Assembly (NCBI GenBank): GCA_963791045.1
Contig: CAWBQK010000013.1
Coordinates: forward strand, 32,001-96,000
Length of the DNA: 64,000 bases
Reading direction: 5' to 3'
DNA from: Candidatus Latescibacterota bacterium
Lineage (GTDB): Bacteria; Krumholzibacteriota; Krumholzibacteriia; WVZY01
A model generated the notes under the pieces. It did no database searches. It saw nothing but the letters and a program-made list of their open reading frames with translations, and was not told where the DNA came from. A program made the translations under genes and the position numbers. Position 1 is the stretch's first letter. Each line of letters starts with the position of its first letter. Positions 10,129 through 19,591 of the stretch are shown here, piece by piece.

Positions 10129-12792
10129 ATGCGCTGCACCTTGGCTGGACGTCTCGCCTTCTGTCTCGTGGTGCCCCTTATTCTGGGGGCGCTCGCGGCT
10201 TCGGCCACGTCGGCTACGCCGACCGGCCGGGACAACGACGGGCTCGTCCTCAACGATTCGGTCTACGCGGCCAACCATCCCAAGCTGCTCTATACCCAGT
10301 CCGATATTCCCGCGCTCTATAATAAGGTCCGGGACGGCGGCAATGACGACCTCGCGTATTCTTTTATCCGGATTGTCATCCAGTACATTTACCCCGGATC
10401 GACAACCGAAGAACTTCTCGACGACAACTACGGTATTTCGACATTCCCAAATCTCGGCATGGGGTCCGCCCTCGAATCACCACCCGACCCGGCGCCATAT
10501 CTTCTCGGCCATGACCTCACCGTCTACATCGCCGACACGTGGGGCCCCGATTTCGACAACTTCAACAGTGCGCTCCGTCTTCGCTCGCTGGTTCTCGGTT
10601 ACGACATGTTTTTTGGCGACGCCGAAGAGAGCGAGCGGACGTACATTCGTGACGAGATCGAAAGCTACATCGATTTGTTCTCGACCGATGACGACTATGA
10701 CATCTGGTCGTACCGCCCTTACTTAAGCAATGTGAGCGTGATGATTGCGTCGTCGCTGGGGCTTGCGGCGATTTGTCTCGATGGCGAAATCGAACCGTAC
10801 AAAATTGAATACGCGATCGACCGCGCCGACTACCTCATCCACACATGGCTCAAATATCATGTCGACGAAGAAGGCGCATACAATGAGGGAGCGTTGTATG
10901 GGGCCTGGAGCATGCGGAATCTCATCTACTACTTCTGGGCGCGTCTTCGCTACGACGGCTATGATTTCTCGCAGGACGGCAAGATTCGCAATATGGAGAA
11001 ATGGTTCGCATTCGAACTTCACCCCGACGGCGGGGCAATGACGAACAACATCCAGGACAGCGAATACCTCGAGCACCCTCTATCGCAGCATACGACATAC
11101 TTCGACTGGGCGCAGACCGCGTGGGGCAGCGGACTCTCCGCGTACATTTGGGATCATGTCGCGGGTATATACGGGCACAATTCCGGGACGGAGGCGGACA
11201 AGGCGGGCACGGTGCTCTGGAACCAGAACCTCACACCGATTCAACCCGAAACAGTTTTGCCGGCGAGCGTCGTCTGGGAACACAGGGGACTCTACTACTA
11301 TCGGTCGGGTTGGCCCGTGGGCGCAACATCCGGTGATGTGATGTTTAGTTTCTATTCGGGACAGTTCCAGGGCGGTCACTCCCAGGAAGACCAGAACCAG
11401 TTCACGCTTTATGCGTACGGCGCCCACTTCGCCATGGACCACGGTTCGGGAACGCTACCGAGAGAGAGCGAAGCGCACAACATGGTGTTTATCGACGGGG
11501 CCGGGCAGCATTTCTCGGGCGCGTCAATCGGCACCGACGGGCGGTTTCGGACGCACATCGTTAACGATTTCTCTGACTACCTTCTCGGCGATGCGACATC
11601 CGCTTACACCACCCACAGCCCCCTCAACAACCCGTCCTTCCCCTTCCCCAAAACCGACTGGTCGTGGGGTTACCAGGGCGCCAACCCCGTCGACCACGCG
11701 TACCGCTCGGTCTTTGTCGTCCGCGACCCCGGCACACCACCGTACTTCATAATTATCGACGACATCGAAAAGGACGGGGCTCCGCACACCTACGAGTGGC
11801 GGCTGCACACCGGACGGGACAACACGATCGACACCACGTCGAATCCGATCCACATCGCGGACGGCAACGCGTTCCTCGATATCCATGTACTCAATCCGGC
11901 GTTCAACCAGCTCCAGAAATCGATCGCTCATTTCAATAATCTCGTCCCCGACCCGGACTCGAATATTCTGTCGCTGAGGACGACGGCCGTAAATCCAATG
12001 TTTGCCTTTGTCCTGATCCCGGGGGACGCGGGCGTTGTCCCGCCCGTCGTCACCAGCACCACCGAATCGTGGGGTTTCAGCGTGGCAGTCGAATGGCCGA
12101 CGGGCGACACCGATCATCTTCTCGTCAACACATCCGGCGGCATCGTGTCGCACACGCTGCCGTCAGGCGCGTCGAATCCCGCGGCAGTCTGGGACATAAC
12201 AGACGAAGACATTGAGACCGACGCCGGTCTTGCGCTCGTCCGCTTTAACGGCGGCGGCGTGGAGAAGTATTCGCTCATCGACGCAACCACTTTCAGCGCG
12301 AACGGCACCAACTATGTCACGATAGGAAACGGCCCAATGACGATCGCGAATTCGGGCTCCGCGATAAACATGGACCGTTATGAAGCCGACTTCTCCCTCT
12401 ACGCTCCGGGCGTGACCGATGTTTTCTACAGGGGCCAGAGGATCTATGTCAACGAGGTGGGTGGGTATCTCACGCGCGACACCGCGGCGTCGGTTGATGA
12501 TCCCGTCGTACCGGCGCACACCATCAATGTGGCCTCGTACCCCAACCCTTTCAACCCTTCGACAACCATCGCGGTCGAGATACCGGCGCCATCTAATGTA
12601 GAGGCCGCCATCTTCGACACGTCGGGGCGCCTCGTCAAACGCTTGTGGAACGGACCGCTCTCCTCGGGTGTGCGCACGTTTCATTGGAATGGGGAGAGTT
12701 CAACCGGGGATCGTGTGGCAAGCGGAGTGTACTTCGTAAAGGTGACGGCGGGGTCCGCGTCACGGACCGTCAAGATCACCGTTCTCAAGTAG
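10129..12792 (+). CDS. Secreted heparinase II/III-like polysaccharide lyase with C-terminal FlgD-Ig domain
   Basis: Signal peptide; GAYNEGALYG, GLYYYRSGW, GGHSQEDQNQFTL, AHNMVFIDG, YFIIIDDI; tail YPNPFNPSTTI...VYFVKV...KITVLK; GAGGA RBS. Confidence 0.75.
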   Translation: MRCTLAGRLAFCLVVPLILGALAASATSATPTGRDNDGLVLNDSVYAANHPKLLYTQSDIPALYNKVRDGGNDDLAYSFIRIVIQYIYPGSTTEELLDDNYGISTFPNLGMGSALESPPDPAPYLLGHDLTVYIADTWGPDFDNFNSALRLRSLVLGYDMFFGDAEESERTYIRDEIESYIDLFSTDDDYDIWSYRPYLSNVSVMIASSLGLAAICLDGEIEPYKIEYAIDRADYLIHTWLKYHVDEEGAYNEGALYGAWSMRNLIYYFWARLRYDGYDFSQDGKIRNMEKWFAFELHPDGGAMTNNIQDSEYLEHPLSQHTTYFDWAQTAWGSGLSAYIWDHVAGIYGHNSGTEADKAGTVLWNQNLTPIQPETVLPASVVWEHRGLYYYRSGWPVGATSGDVMFSFYSGQFQGGHSQEDQNQFTLYAYGAHFAMDHGSGTLPRESEAHNMVFIDGAGQHFSGASIGTDGRFRTHIVNDFSDYLLGDATSAYTTHSPLNNPSFPFPKTDWSWGYQGANPVDHAYRSVFVVRDPGTPPYFIIIDDIEKDGAPHTYEWRLHTGRDNTIDTTSNPIHIADGNAFLDIHVLNPAFNQLQKSIAHFNNLVPDPDSNILSLRTTAVNPMFAFVLIPGDAGVVPPVVTSTTESWGFSVAVEWPTGDTDHLLVNTSGGIVSHTLPSGASNPAAVWDITDEDIETDAGLALVRFNGGGVEKYSLIDATTFSANGTNYVTIGNGPMTIANSGSAINMDRYEADFSLYAPGVTDVFYRGQRIYVNEVGGYLTRDTAASVDDPVVPAHTINVASYPNPFNPSTTIAVEIPAPSNVEAAIFDTSGRLVKRLWNGPLSSGVRTFHWNGESSTGDRVASGVYFVKVTAGSASRTVKITVLK

Positions 12793-13851
12793 GCCAAAAA
12801 AGCCGCCGCGGTCTTCTGTCCCCGCTATGGCATCCGCGGCCGGAAAATCTTCACCAAATATCAATCGAAAATCCTTCATCGTCGTTCTCGCCGTAATTGT
12901 AAATCTACGGAGTTCGAGTCTGTCCCTGTACGGCGCCGTCGTCGCAAATGGCTGGGGGGAGTTCGTTCCCTCCTCGAGCGTGCATGTGGCCTCGAAGCCC
13001 GCGCTCATCGCCACACTGTCGAGCACGGCACTGGCAAATCCGTACGGCCATGCGAGAAAACGCGGTTCCACGCCGAGATGTTCTTTTATCAACGCGTGGG
13101 ACGTCTTTAAATCCTCGCACACCATTCCCTGCCATGACGACCCACCCGGGGGATCGTGCAATCCAAGGCCCGCGGCGACAAACACCGGGATCATTCCATG
13201 GCGTGTCTTGACTTTGCGGTGAAGATCGTGCGAGTGCGACTGGATGGAGAAAACACCCGACTCCTGCATGGCGCGGAGTTCATCCCATGTCAAACAGTCC
13301 ACCCGGTCCCACTTCGTCCCCACCTTCGACGTCACGACAAAGAGCGTCGCTTTGAAACCATACCGTTCGAGTATCGGCCGCGCAAATTCGAGAGCGCTGC
13401 GGTCGCCGTCATCGAATGTAATCACCACCGGCTTTGGCGGGAGTCCCCCGTACCCCCGCTGCCACGCGATGAGTTTGTCGAGTCCGACCGACTCGTATCC
13501 GTTCTCCGCCAGATACGCCAACTGCTTTTCGAACGAGCAGGCGGACTGTGTCCATACGTCAACGTTGCCGAGAAGCGGCAGATTCAGAAAGAGCGCCCCG
13601 AGGATTTTGACAAAACCAACACGGCGTTGTCTTCGCGCGCAAATAGTGATGACAGAGGACGGGGACGCCGCCGAGCTCCGCGCCGCTATTGATTTCGCCG
13701 ATATGTCGCGTAAAGTTGTGTCGTACGGGGCTTGCGTTTGCGGCGCCAGGCACGCCATCACCATGAGCGCGACAACAAACAAGAATGCCGACCCAGCCCC
13801 GATCAGCGACGCGGTTCGAAGTTCGGTCATTATAATGGAACGGCGTGTCAT
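12760..13851 (-). CDS. Polysaccharide deacetylase (NodB/CE4, PgaB/IcaB-like); about 30 codons out of frame near 13621..13720
   Basis: VVITFDDG, IQSHSHDLH, LAWPYG; the expected VPVLCHH motif lies in the neighbouring frame. Confidence 0.85.
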   Translation of the reverse strand: MTRRSIIMTELRTASLIGAGSAFLFVVALMVMACLAPQTQAPYDTTLRDISAKSIAARSSAASPSSVITICARRQRRVGFVKILGALFLNLPLLGNVDVWTQSACSFEKQLAYLAENGYESVGLDKLIAWQRGYGGLPPKPVVITFDDGDRSALEFARPILERYGFKATLFVVTSKVGTKWDRVDCLTWDELRAMQESGVFSIQSHSHDLHRKVKTRHGMIPVFVAAGLGLHDPPGGSSWQGMVCEDLKTSHALIKEHLGVEPRFLAWPYGFASAVLDSVAMSAGFEATCTLEEGTNSPQPFATTAPYRDRLELRRFTITARTTMKDFRLIFGEDFPAADAIAGTEDRGGFFGLLENGDLDGP

Positions 13852-13853
13852 GT

Positions 13854-15647
13854 CTAACGCGTCCTCGCAAAGTCGATCGTCATAAATACGCCTTCGGACC
13901 GGAACCCGTCGGGAGAGGTGACGCGCGACCCCGATTTGTAATAACCGGTCCGAACATAAACGCCGCCCACCACACGGACACTGAGTTCTCCGTCAAAAGA
14001 GCCGATGCTCGCCCATCCGGCGCCGCTGTCCCTCTCTGTGCCAAAACGGCCTTCGATCCTGAGCCGGACACGCCGCCCCAGGTCGGTCACATACCGCAAC
14101 CCCAGGTAGAGATTCGTATAGTTTTCGGGGTTGAAATACCCGTTGCTCTTTTCCTCGGCAAAGTTGAAGTAGTCGATTCCCTCGATGAGTGTGGTCTGGT
14201 TAAAAAACTTGTACGGCACGTGGACCGGAGGCGTCCATTCGCCGCGGTGAAGCAAGGCGAACCGCGAGTTGCCGTCGCTGTAGTTCGAAAACCTCAGTTC
14301 CCAGAACGTCACCGCCCGATGCGCGACTCGCCAGTCAAGCCCGGCGTTGAAATTCGTCACGGATATCCCGCGATACACCGGTTCGGGGATCGTCATGGTT
14401 TGTCTCGACGACCCCAGGTCAAAGCGCACCCAGTCGCGTGGCGTCAGCGTGAAGTACACGTCCCAAAGCATCAGGTTGAAATCACTCACCGCCTCGGTGG
14501 ACGGCGGAACCGTTATCGCGTCAAACCGGTTCACCTCGTAACCGCCCTTCAGCGACATCATCAGCAGCTCAGAGAATCTGTGTTCGAGCGACAGCCAGAA
14601 CTGGTCGCGGCCGATATCGGGAACGCCGTCTTTTTTGAGCGCGCCGTGAACGTAGGACGCGCTGAATTCGGTGCTGTACCCGGACGGGAACGACGCCGAA
14701 AAGAGCGTTCGTCCATACGACCCGTCATCGGTGTTTTCGGAGTAGAGATATGACACCGACCCGTTGGGCTGCGGCGAGTTTTCGATGGTTTGCTTCAATT
14801 GCTCAAGGTCGTCGGAAGGCTCGGCATGTTGAATCGCTTCGATCGCGAGATCCGCGCGGCCCATCCAGAAAAGCGACTCGGCGAGTCCTTTTACCGCCTC
14901 GGTATTGCCGGGATGGTCTTTGAGGACGTCCTCGTATTGAGCGCGGGCCTCCCTGTGCCTGCTCGACCAGTTCAAAATTTGCGCGCGGCCGAGCCGTGCT
15001 TCCATATTTTTGGGATCGCGTTCGAGGAGATAGTCGTAAATCTCCTCGGCGGTCTGCCGGTCTTCTTGCCACGCCGCCACCCTCGCAAGTCCGAGCAAAA
15101 CATACGGCCACTCTTTCTTGCTCTTTGGAAGTAATTCGAGATAGTAATCTTCGGCGTCGTAGAGATCGTCCGCCCAACTCAACGCGCGTGCGATCCCCAT
15201 GCTCGCCTCGATGTCGCCGGGGTGATAGGAGAGGTACCTGGCATACCAAACAATCGCGGAATCTGGAACCTCGGCCCATGTGTACTGATGCCCGAGTTCG
15301 AGGGACACGGTCGATTCGAAATCAGAATCGAGCTCGAGCGCCTCGAGGTACAAGCGAATCGCGTCGCGGTGCCGATCCTCGCCCGCCGCCGTCCGCGCTT
15401 CCGCGAGCACTGACCCGGCTCGGGCTCTGTTTTCGGCCGCAGTACTCGCGCCTGACAACCCGGCACGGGTTCTGTCATCGGTTTCCCCACGCGTGCTCGC
15501 TTCGCTCCGCCGCTCTGGGGGCCCCACCGATGCCACCCGTGCCTGTTCTGTTCGCGCGAACGTGGCGCCGCCCGCGCCTACTATAAATAGCAGCAGTAGT
15601 GCGGCAAGGCGCGTGGCGGTGGGTGATTTCAATTCGAACATTGTCAT
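13854..15647 (-). CDS. TPR-repeat plus C-terminal beta-barrel outer-membrane export protein (PgaA-like)
   Basis: Signal peptide after ATG 15647 (ATGA overlap with GT2 stop); TPRs (GIARALSWA, GLARVAAWQ, GRAQILNWS); barrel-like C-terminus with GYFNP motif. Confidence 0.7.
   Translation of the reverse strand: MTMFELKSPTATRLAALLLLFIVGAGGATFARTEQARVASVGPPERRSEASTRGETDDRTRAGLSGASTAAENRARAGSVLAEARTAAGEDRHRDAIRLYLEALELDSDFESTVSLELGHQYTWAEVPDSAIVWYARYLSYHPGDIEASMGIARALSWADDLYDAEDYYLELLPKSKKEWPYVLLGLARVAAWQEDRQTAEEIYDYLLERDPKNMEARLGRAQILNWSSRHREARAQYEDVLKDHPGNTEAVKGLAESLFWMGRADLAIEAIQHAEPSDDLEQLKQTIENSPQPNGSVSYLYSENTDDGSYGRTLFSASFPSGYSTEFSASYVHGALKKDGVPDIGRDQFWLSLEHRFSELLMMSLKGGYEVNRFDAITVPPSTEAVSDFNLMLWDVYFTLTPRDWVRFDLGSSRQTMTIPEPVYRGISVTNFNAGLDWRVAHRAVTFWELRFSNYSDGNSRFALLHRGEWTPPVHVPYKFFNQTTLIEGIDYFNFAEEKSNGYFNPENYTNLYLGLRYVTDLGRRVRLRIEGRFGTERDSGAGWASIGSFDGELSVRVVGGVYVRTGYYKSGSRVTSPDGFRSEGVFMTIDFARTR
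15462..15543. repeat. Palindromic repeat element, intragenic copy inside the PgaA-like gene
   Basis: GGCACGGGTTCTGTCATCGG...CCGATGCCACCCGTGCC hairpin; homologous to 1748..1797 and 1873..1930. Confidence 0.75.
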
Positions 15648-16909
15648 CCGACCTCTCTCACCGGTTTCCAACGCGCCGGTTCGCCGTTGTTCCGCGTGCG
15701 CAGCAAACCGCCCGGCGTCGACACAAAAGTCACCGTCGCCATCAACATCCAATAGATCAGCGGGTAGAGCACGGCGATACTGTAGTACCACGGCAGGTGG
15801 CGATCGTAGCGCCTGTCGAGGAGCACGCCGACAAACAGTTGCACGAGACACATCGTCCCGATAAGCATCCCCCAGTAGTTTGGAATCGGAGAGGCGCCGA
15901 TCGGGGGATACCCCGTCGCGTACGACACCGCCCACAACACGACGAACACCACGAAGCAGTACGCCCACAGAATCGACAGATACGATTCGATGAGCACGGG
16001 CGAGAGCCGCCGCGCCTTCCAGGAAAGCGTTTCCTTTCCGTGCCGGCGAATGACCTGGGCGAGACCCGTCGCCCACCGCCGTCTCTGCCGCCACAACCCG
16101 CCGAGACTCACGGGCACGCGCATCCACACAATCGCGCGCGGCTCGTAACGGATGTCATAAAACTTGAGCTGGAGTTTCCACGTGAGGTCGATGTCTTCGG
16201 TGGACATTTCGGGGCTGAACAATCCCGAGTCGAGAAGCGCGTTGCGGTGAAAAGCGCCGACAACACCGCTCATTGTAAGGAGCTTGCCCCACACGCGAGC
16301 GCCGCGTCGCTGGAGCGACACGATCGACGCGAATTCAATCGCCTGCATCTTGGCAAGCAGGCTCCGTCGGTTCAGGACACGCGGGTTCCCCGTGACCGCC
16401 CCGACTCGCCCCGCGCGAAAATGCGGCACCATCGCGTTAAGGATGCCCGAATCGGGGACGGCGTCGGCATCGAGGATGAGCAGGATTTCGCCATTTGTCA
16501 GCGGGATGGCATCGTTCAACGCCATCGCCTTGCCTTCGTTCTTCGACTTGTCGATAAGACGAACCTTGCCCGCCTGGGCAAATGGTCGGATCTTGTCGAC
16601 GGTCGCATCCGTCGATCCATCGTTGACGATAACAATTTCAAAATTGGGGTAGTCGATCTTCAAACAACCGATGATCGTGCTAACAATATGTTCTTCCTCA
16701 TTGAAAGCCGCCATCAGCACGGTCACAAACGGGGTGTAGCCGGTGTCGCCGGGCGGCGGCACGCGGCGTTCGCGTCTGAAGAAGAACACGACGCTCGATA
16801 TCACCCACAACGAACTGCTGAATATCGGATACCACGCAAAAAAGATGAGCGCGGCGAGATACACCGGGTTCCGCTGAATCGATTCCATAAGTGTCGGGAT
16901 ATCGATCAC
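15644..16909 (-). CDS. pgaC: Poly-beta-1,6-N-acetylglucosamine synthase-like GT2
   Basis: FFAWYP, AFNEE, NDGSTD, GKAMALN, LDADA, VTGNPRV, TEDIDLTWKLQ, QRRRWATG, C-terminal ARWKP. Confidence 0.85.
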   Translation of the reverse strand: MIDIPTLMESIQRNPVYLAALIFFAWYPIFSSSLWVISSVVFFFRRERRVPPPGDTGYTPFVTVLMAAFNEEEHIVSTIIGCLKIDYPNFEIVIVNDGSTDATVDKIRPFAQAGKVRLIDKSKNEGKAMALNDAIPLTNGEILLILDADAVPDSGILNAMVPHFRAGRVGAVTGNPRVLNRRSLLAKMQAIEFASIVSLQRRGARVWGKLLTMSGVVGAFHRNALLDSGLFSPEMSTEDIDLTWKLQLKFYDIRYEPRAIVWMRVPVSLGGLWRQRRRWATGLAQVIRRHGKETLSWKARRLSPVLIESYLSILWAYCFVVFVVLWAVSYATGYPPIGASPIPNYWGMLIGTMCLVQLFVGVLLDRRYDRHLPWYYSIAVLYPLIYWMLMATVTFVSTPGGLLRTRNNGEPARWKPVREVG

Positions 16910-17292
16910 GGGGCGCCTCTATCCTGAAAATCGTCCGGCCAGAACAGCTTCTTCTTCGACGTAATTCTGTCTCGAATGATGACCCGGACATAATTCGCTT
17001 TGCTCAGCGCGTCGCGGTTTTCCATCAGGAGTTCTCGTCCGAGATAATCGTGTGTCGGCTCCCCCACGTCGCGCCGCTGGACGCGTCTCTCCCCCACTTT
17101 TTTGTGCAGGCGGATATTGTAATAGATCCACCAAAACAAGTAAGCCGCGCTCAACACGATGAGCACGGCCAGGCATATCAACGCCATTTTTGTGTCGGGA
17201 TTCATGGGCCGGCGGATGACGATCATCCAGTAGTACACAAACACCACCCACAACAACACAGAGACAATCACATGGAAGATCTGCCTGAGCAT
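16906..17292 (-). CDS. PgaD-like small membrane protein
   Basis: Two TM helices, W-x-x-YN-x-R...ERR pattern typical of PgaD; stop overlaps the pgaC start. Confidence 0.55.
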   Translation of the reverse strand: MLRQIFHVIVSVLLWVVFVYYWMIVIRRPMNPDTKMALICLAVLIVLSAAYLFWWIYYNIRLHKKVGERRVQRRDVGEPTHDYLGRELLMENRDALSKANYVRVIIRDRITSKKKLFWPDDFQDRGAP

Positions 17293-17441
17293 GCGCGCCG
17301 ATCCGAAAGATGACAAGAGCTGATGATTTAAGCGTATATCCTGATGCCATCCATGCGGCCGGAACTGATTTCAATAAATGAAATCCGGCCCAACGCAGAT
17401 GCTAAGCCAGTTCGGGCAAAAACTGGAAGCGTTATGTCAGT

Positions 17442-19229
17442 CTATTTTCTGAGAACGAGGAAGGTCATATCGTCGAGCTGGGGCATGTCCTTGACATGGT
17501 CCTTGAGCTCGCGGCGAAGACCGGAGCAGATCCGGCTGGGGGCGGATTCCCGGTGGGTTTTGAGATATTTGAGAAGCCGTTCCATCTCATAGGGTTCCTC
17601 GGCGCTGTTCGCCGCGTCGACAACACCGTCGGTGTAGCAGAACAGGAGCGAATCGTCGAGCGTGATCTTGCCCTGTTCAAAATCGAACGATTCGAAAACA
17701 CCAAGCACGGGCCCGCCGGTTTCGAGAAGTTCGTGACTCCCGTCTTTCTTCATCAAGATCGCAGGATTGTGCCCCGCGTTGCAGTAGGTCACTTCGCCGG
17801 TTTCGTGGTTGAGAACACCAAAGAACGCGGTAACGAAATCGTTGGGGCGGACCGTTTCGAGAAGTATTTCATTCGCACGCTGGGCGATATCCCTCGCCCG
17901 TGTGAAGTACGGCGCCGCCGTGTGCAGGATGGTCCGGAAGCTCGACATGATTATCGACGCGGGCACACCCTTGCCCGCCACATCAGCGATGGCGAAGGCG
18001 GCGTAGGGCTCTTTCAACGGGAAGAAATCAAAATAGTCACCGCTGAGCTCGAGCGAGGGATAGTTGCGGCCCGTTAGCGTATACGGCCCGACCTTGTGGG
18101 ATTGTTTTGGGGTAAAAAACTGCTGAACGGTCCTAGCGAGCCGGAGTTCGCGTTCGATCTCCCGTTTGACTTGCTGTTCCTCGTAGAGACGGGCGCGCTC
18201 GATAGACACGGACGCCTGCGCGGCGAACATCTCGAGGAGCTTGAGGTCGGCTTCGCGATAAATACGTTTCGCATTGCTCTCTATATTGAAGAGGCCGATC
18301 ACCTTGCCGCCGCTGAGCATCGGCGCCACCATCTCTGACTCCGTCTCCTTACGGGCGTTCACATATCTTTTGTCTTTTGAGCAGTCGGGGACGATGATCC
18401 CTTTCTTGTTCCGGGCCGCCCAGCCAACCACACCCTCGTCGAGCTTGAGCAGAATACGTTCTTCTTTTCCGGGATCGTACCCGTAGTGGATTTCACTCAC
18501 CAGGAGTTGGCTCTTGCGGTCGAGGACAAAAATGGCGGCGGCTTCGTGGCAGATGAGTTTCTTGAGGCTCGCGAGAATCTGTTCGAGCACGTCGTCGAGG
18601 ACCAGCGACTTTCCCATCGACACGCTGATATTGTAGAGCAGCTCGACTTCGAGCTGTTTTTTCTCGGCCTCGCGGAAGAGGCGCGCGTTCTCGATCGCTG
18701 TGGCAATATTATTTCCAAGTGCGAGGAAAACTTCGAGATCGTCTTTTGTGAAAGGTTTCTTGCCCTTGCGGTTGACCGCTTCCAGGACGCCGATAAAACG
18801 GTTTCCACGTTTGAGCGGGATGCTCATTATCGAACGCGTCCTGAGCCCGAACCTCTTCTCCAGTTCGGGCAAAAATCGTTTGTCCTTACTAATATCGTTC
18901 GCGACGACGGGCTTCTTAAACTTGGCGACCCACCCAACGACACCCACCCCCAACGGTATCTTGACCCCGCGGATTTCGCGCCCGTGCTTGCCCCGCGAGA
19001 GTTCGAACACCATGTGGGTCTTGTCCCAATCATACCGGAGGATCGACACCGTCTCGACATTGAGGGCGTCTTTTACGACCTTCATGATCAACTGGAGGAG
19101 ACGTGTGAAATCAAGTGTCGAGTTGAGCAGACGTGACGACTCGGTCAAGAGTTCGAGCTGCTTGACACGACTTGCCAGCTTCTCTTCCGCCGCCCTTGAT
19201 GATTTCGTAAGCGATGCTCTTTTGGACAT
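17442..19229 (-). CDS. GAF-GAF-PP2C (SpoIIE/RsbU family) phosphatase
   Basis: Two GAF domains; SGDYFD, IADVAGKGVPAS, NAGHNP, YTDGV, DDMT. Confidence 0.92.
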   Translation of the reverse strand: MSKRASLTKSSRAAEEKLASRVKQLELLTESSRLLNSTLDFTRLLQLIMKVVKDALNVETVSILRYDWDKTHMVFELSRGKHGREIRGVKIPLGVGVVGWVAKFKKPVVANDISKDKRFLPELEKRFGLRTRSIMSIPLKRGNRFIGVLEAVNRKGKKPFTKDDLEVFLALGNNIATAIENARLFREAEKKQLEVELLYNISVSMGKSLVLDDVLEQILASLKKLICHEAAAIFVLDRKSQLLVSEIHYGYDPGKEERILLKLDEGVVGWAARNKKGIIVPDCSKDKRYVNARKETESEMVAPMLSGGKVIGLFNIESNAKRIYREADLKLLEMFAAQASVSIERARLYEEQQVKREIERELRLARTVQQFFTPKQSHKVGPYTLTGRNYPSLELSGDYFDFFPLKEPYAAFAIADVAGKGVPASIIMSSFRTILHTAAPYFTRARDIAQRANEILLETVRPNDFVTAFFGVLNHETGEVTYCNAGHNPAILMKKDGSHELLETGGPVLGVFESFDFEQGKITLDDSLLFCYTDGVVDAANSAEEPYEMERLLKYLKTHRESAPSRICSGLRRELKDHVKDMPQLDDMTFLVLRK

Positions 19230-19323
19230 GCCTGTTTCCAACTACCGGTTGGTGGATGTGCCGATGCCGGCTCGAGCCTGGGTGTAATTGTTTTTTTGTG
19301 CCCGCGCGTGCCGGTTGTTTTTG

Positions 19324-19551
19324 CTAGACCGCTTCGACTCCCGTGACTTCCGGGATTCTATCCTTGAGAAAGCGCTCGATTCCCTGGTGAAGCGTTATCG
19401 CCGCGCTCGGGCAGCCGTGACACGCGCCCTTCAATCTGAGCTGAACAACTCCGTCGATGAAATCAACCATTTCGACGTCGCCGCCGTCCGCCTGGAGAGA
19501 CGGCCGGATCATGTTGATGGCCTCTTCAATTTTCTTGCGAATCTCGTCCAC
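19324..19551 (-). CDS. NifU-like (Nfu) Fe-S carrier domain protein
   Basis: IRPSLQADGGDVE, GACHGCPSA (CxxC); GGAGG RBS, GTG start. Confidence 0.92.
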   Translation of the reverse strand: MDEIRKKIEEAINMIRPSLQADGGDVEMVDFIDGVVQLRLKGACHGCPSAAITLHQGIERFLKDRIPEVTGVEAV

Positions 19552-19591
19552 GTCTTACCTCCACTTTTGTTACCAACATCCAAAGGTGTTT

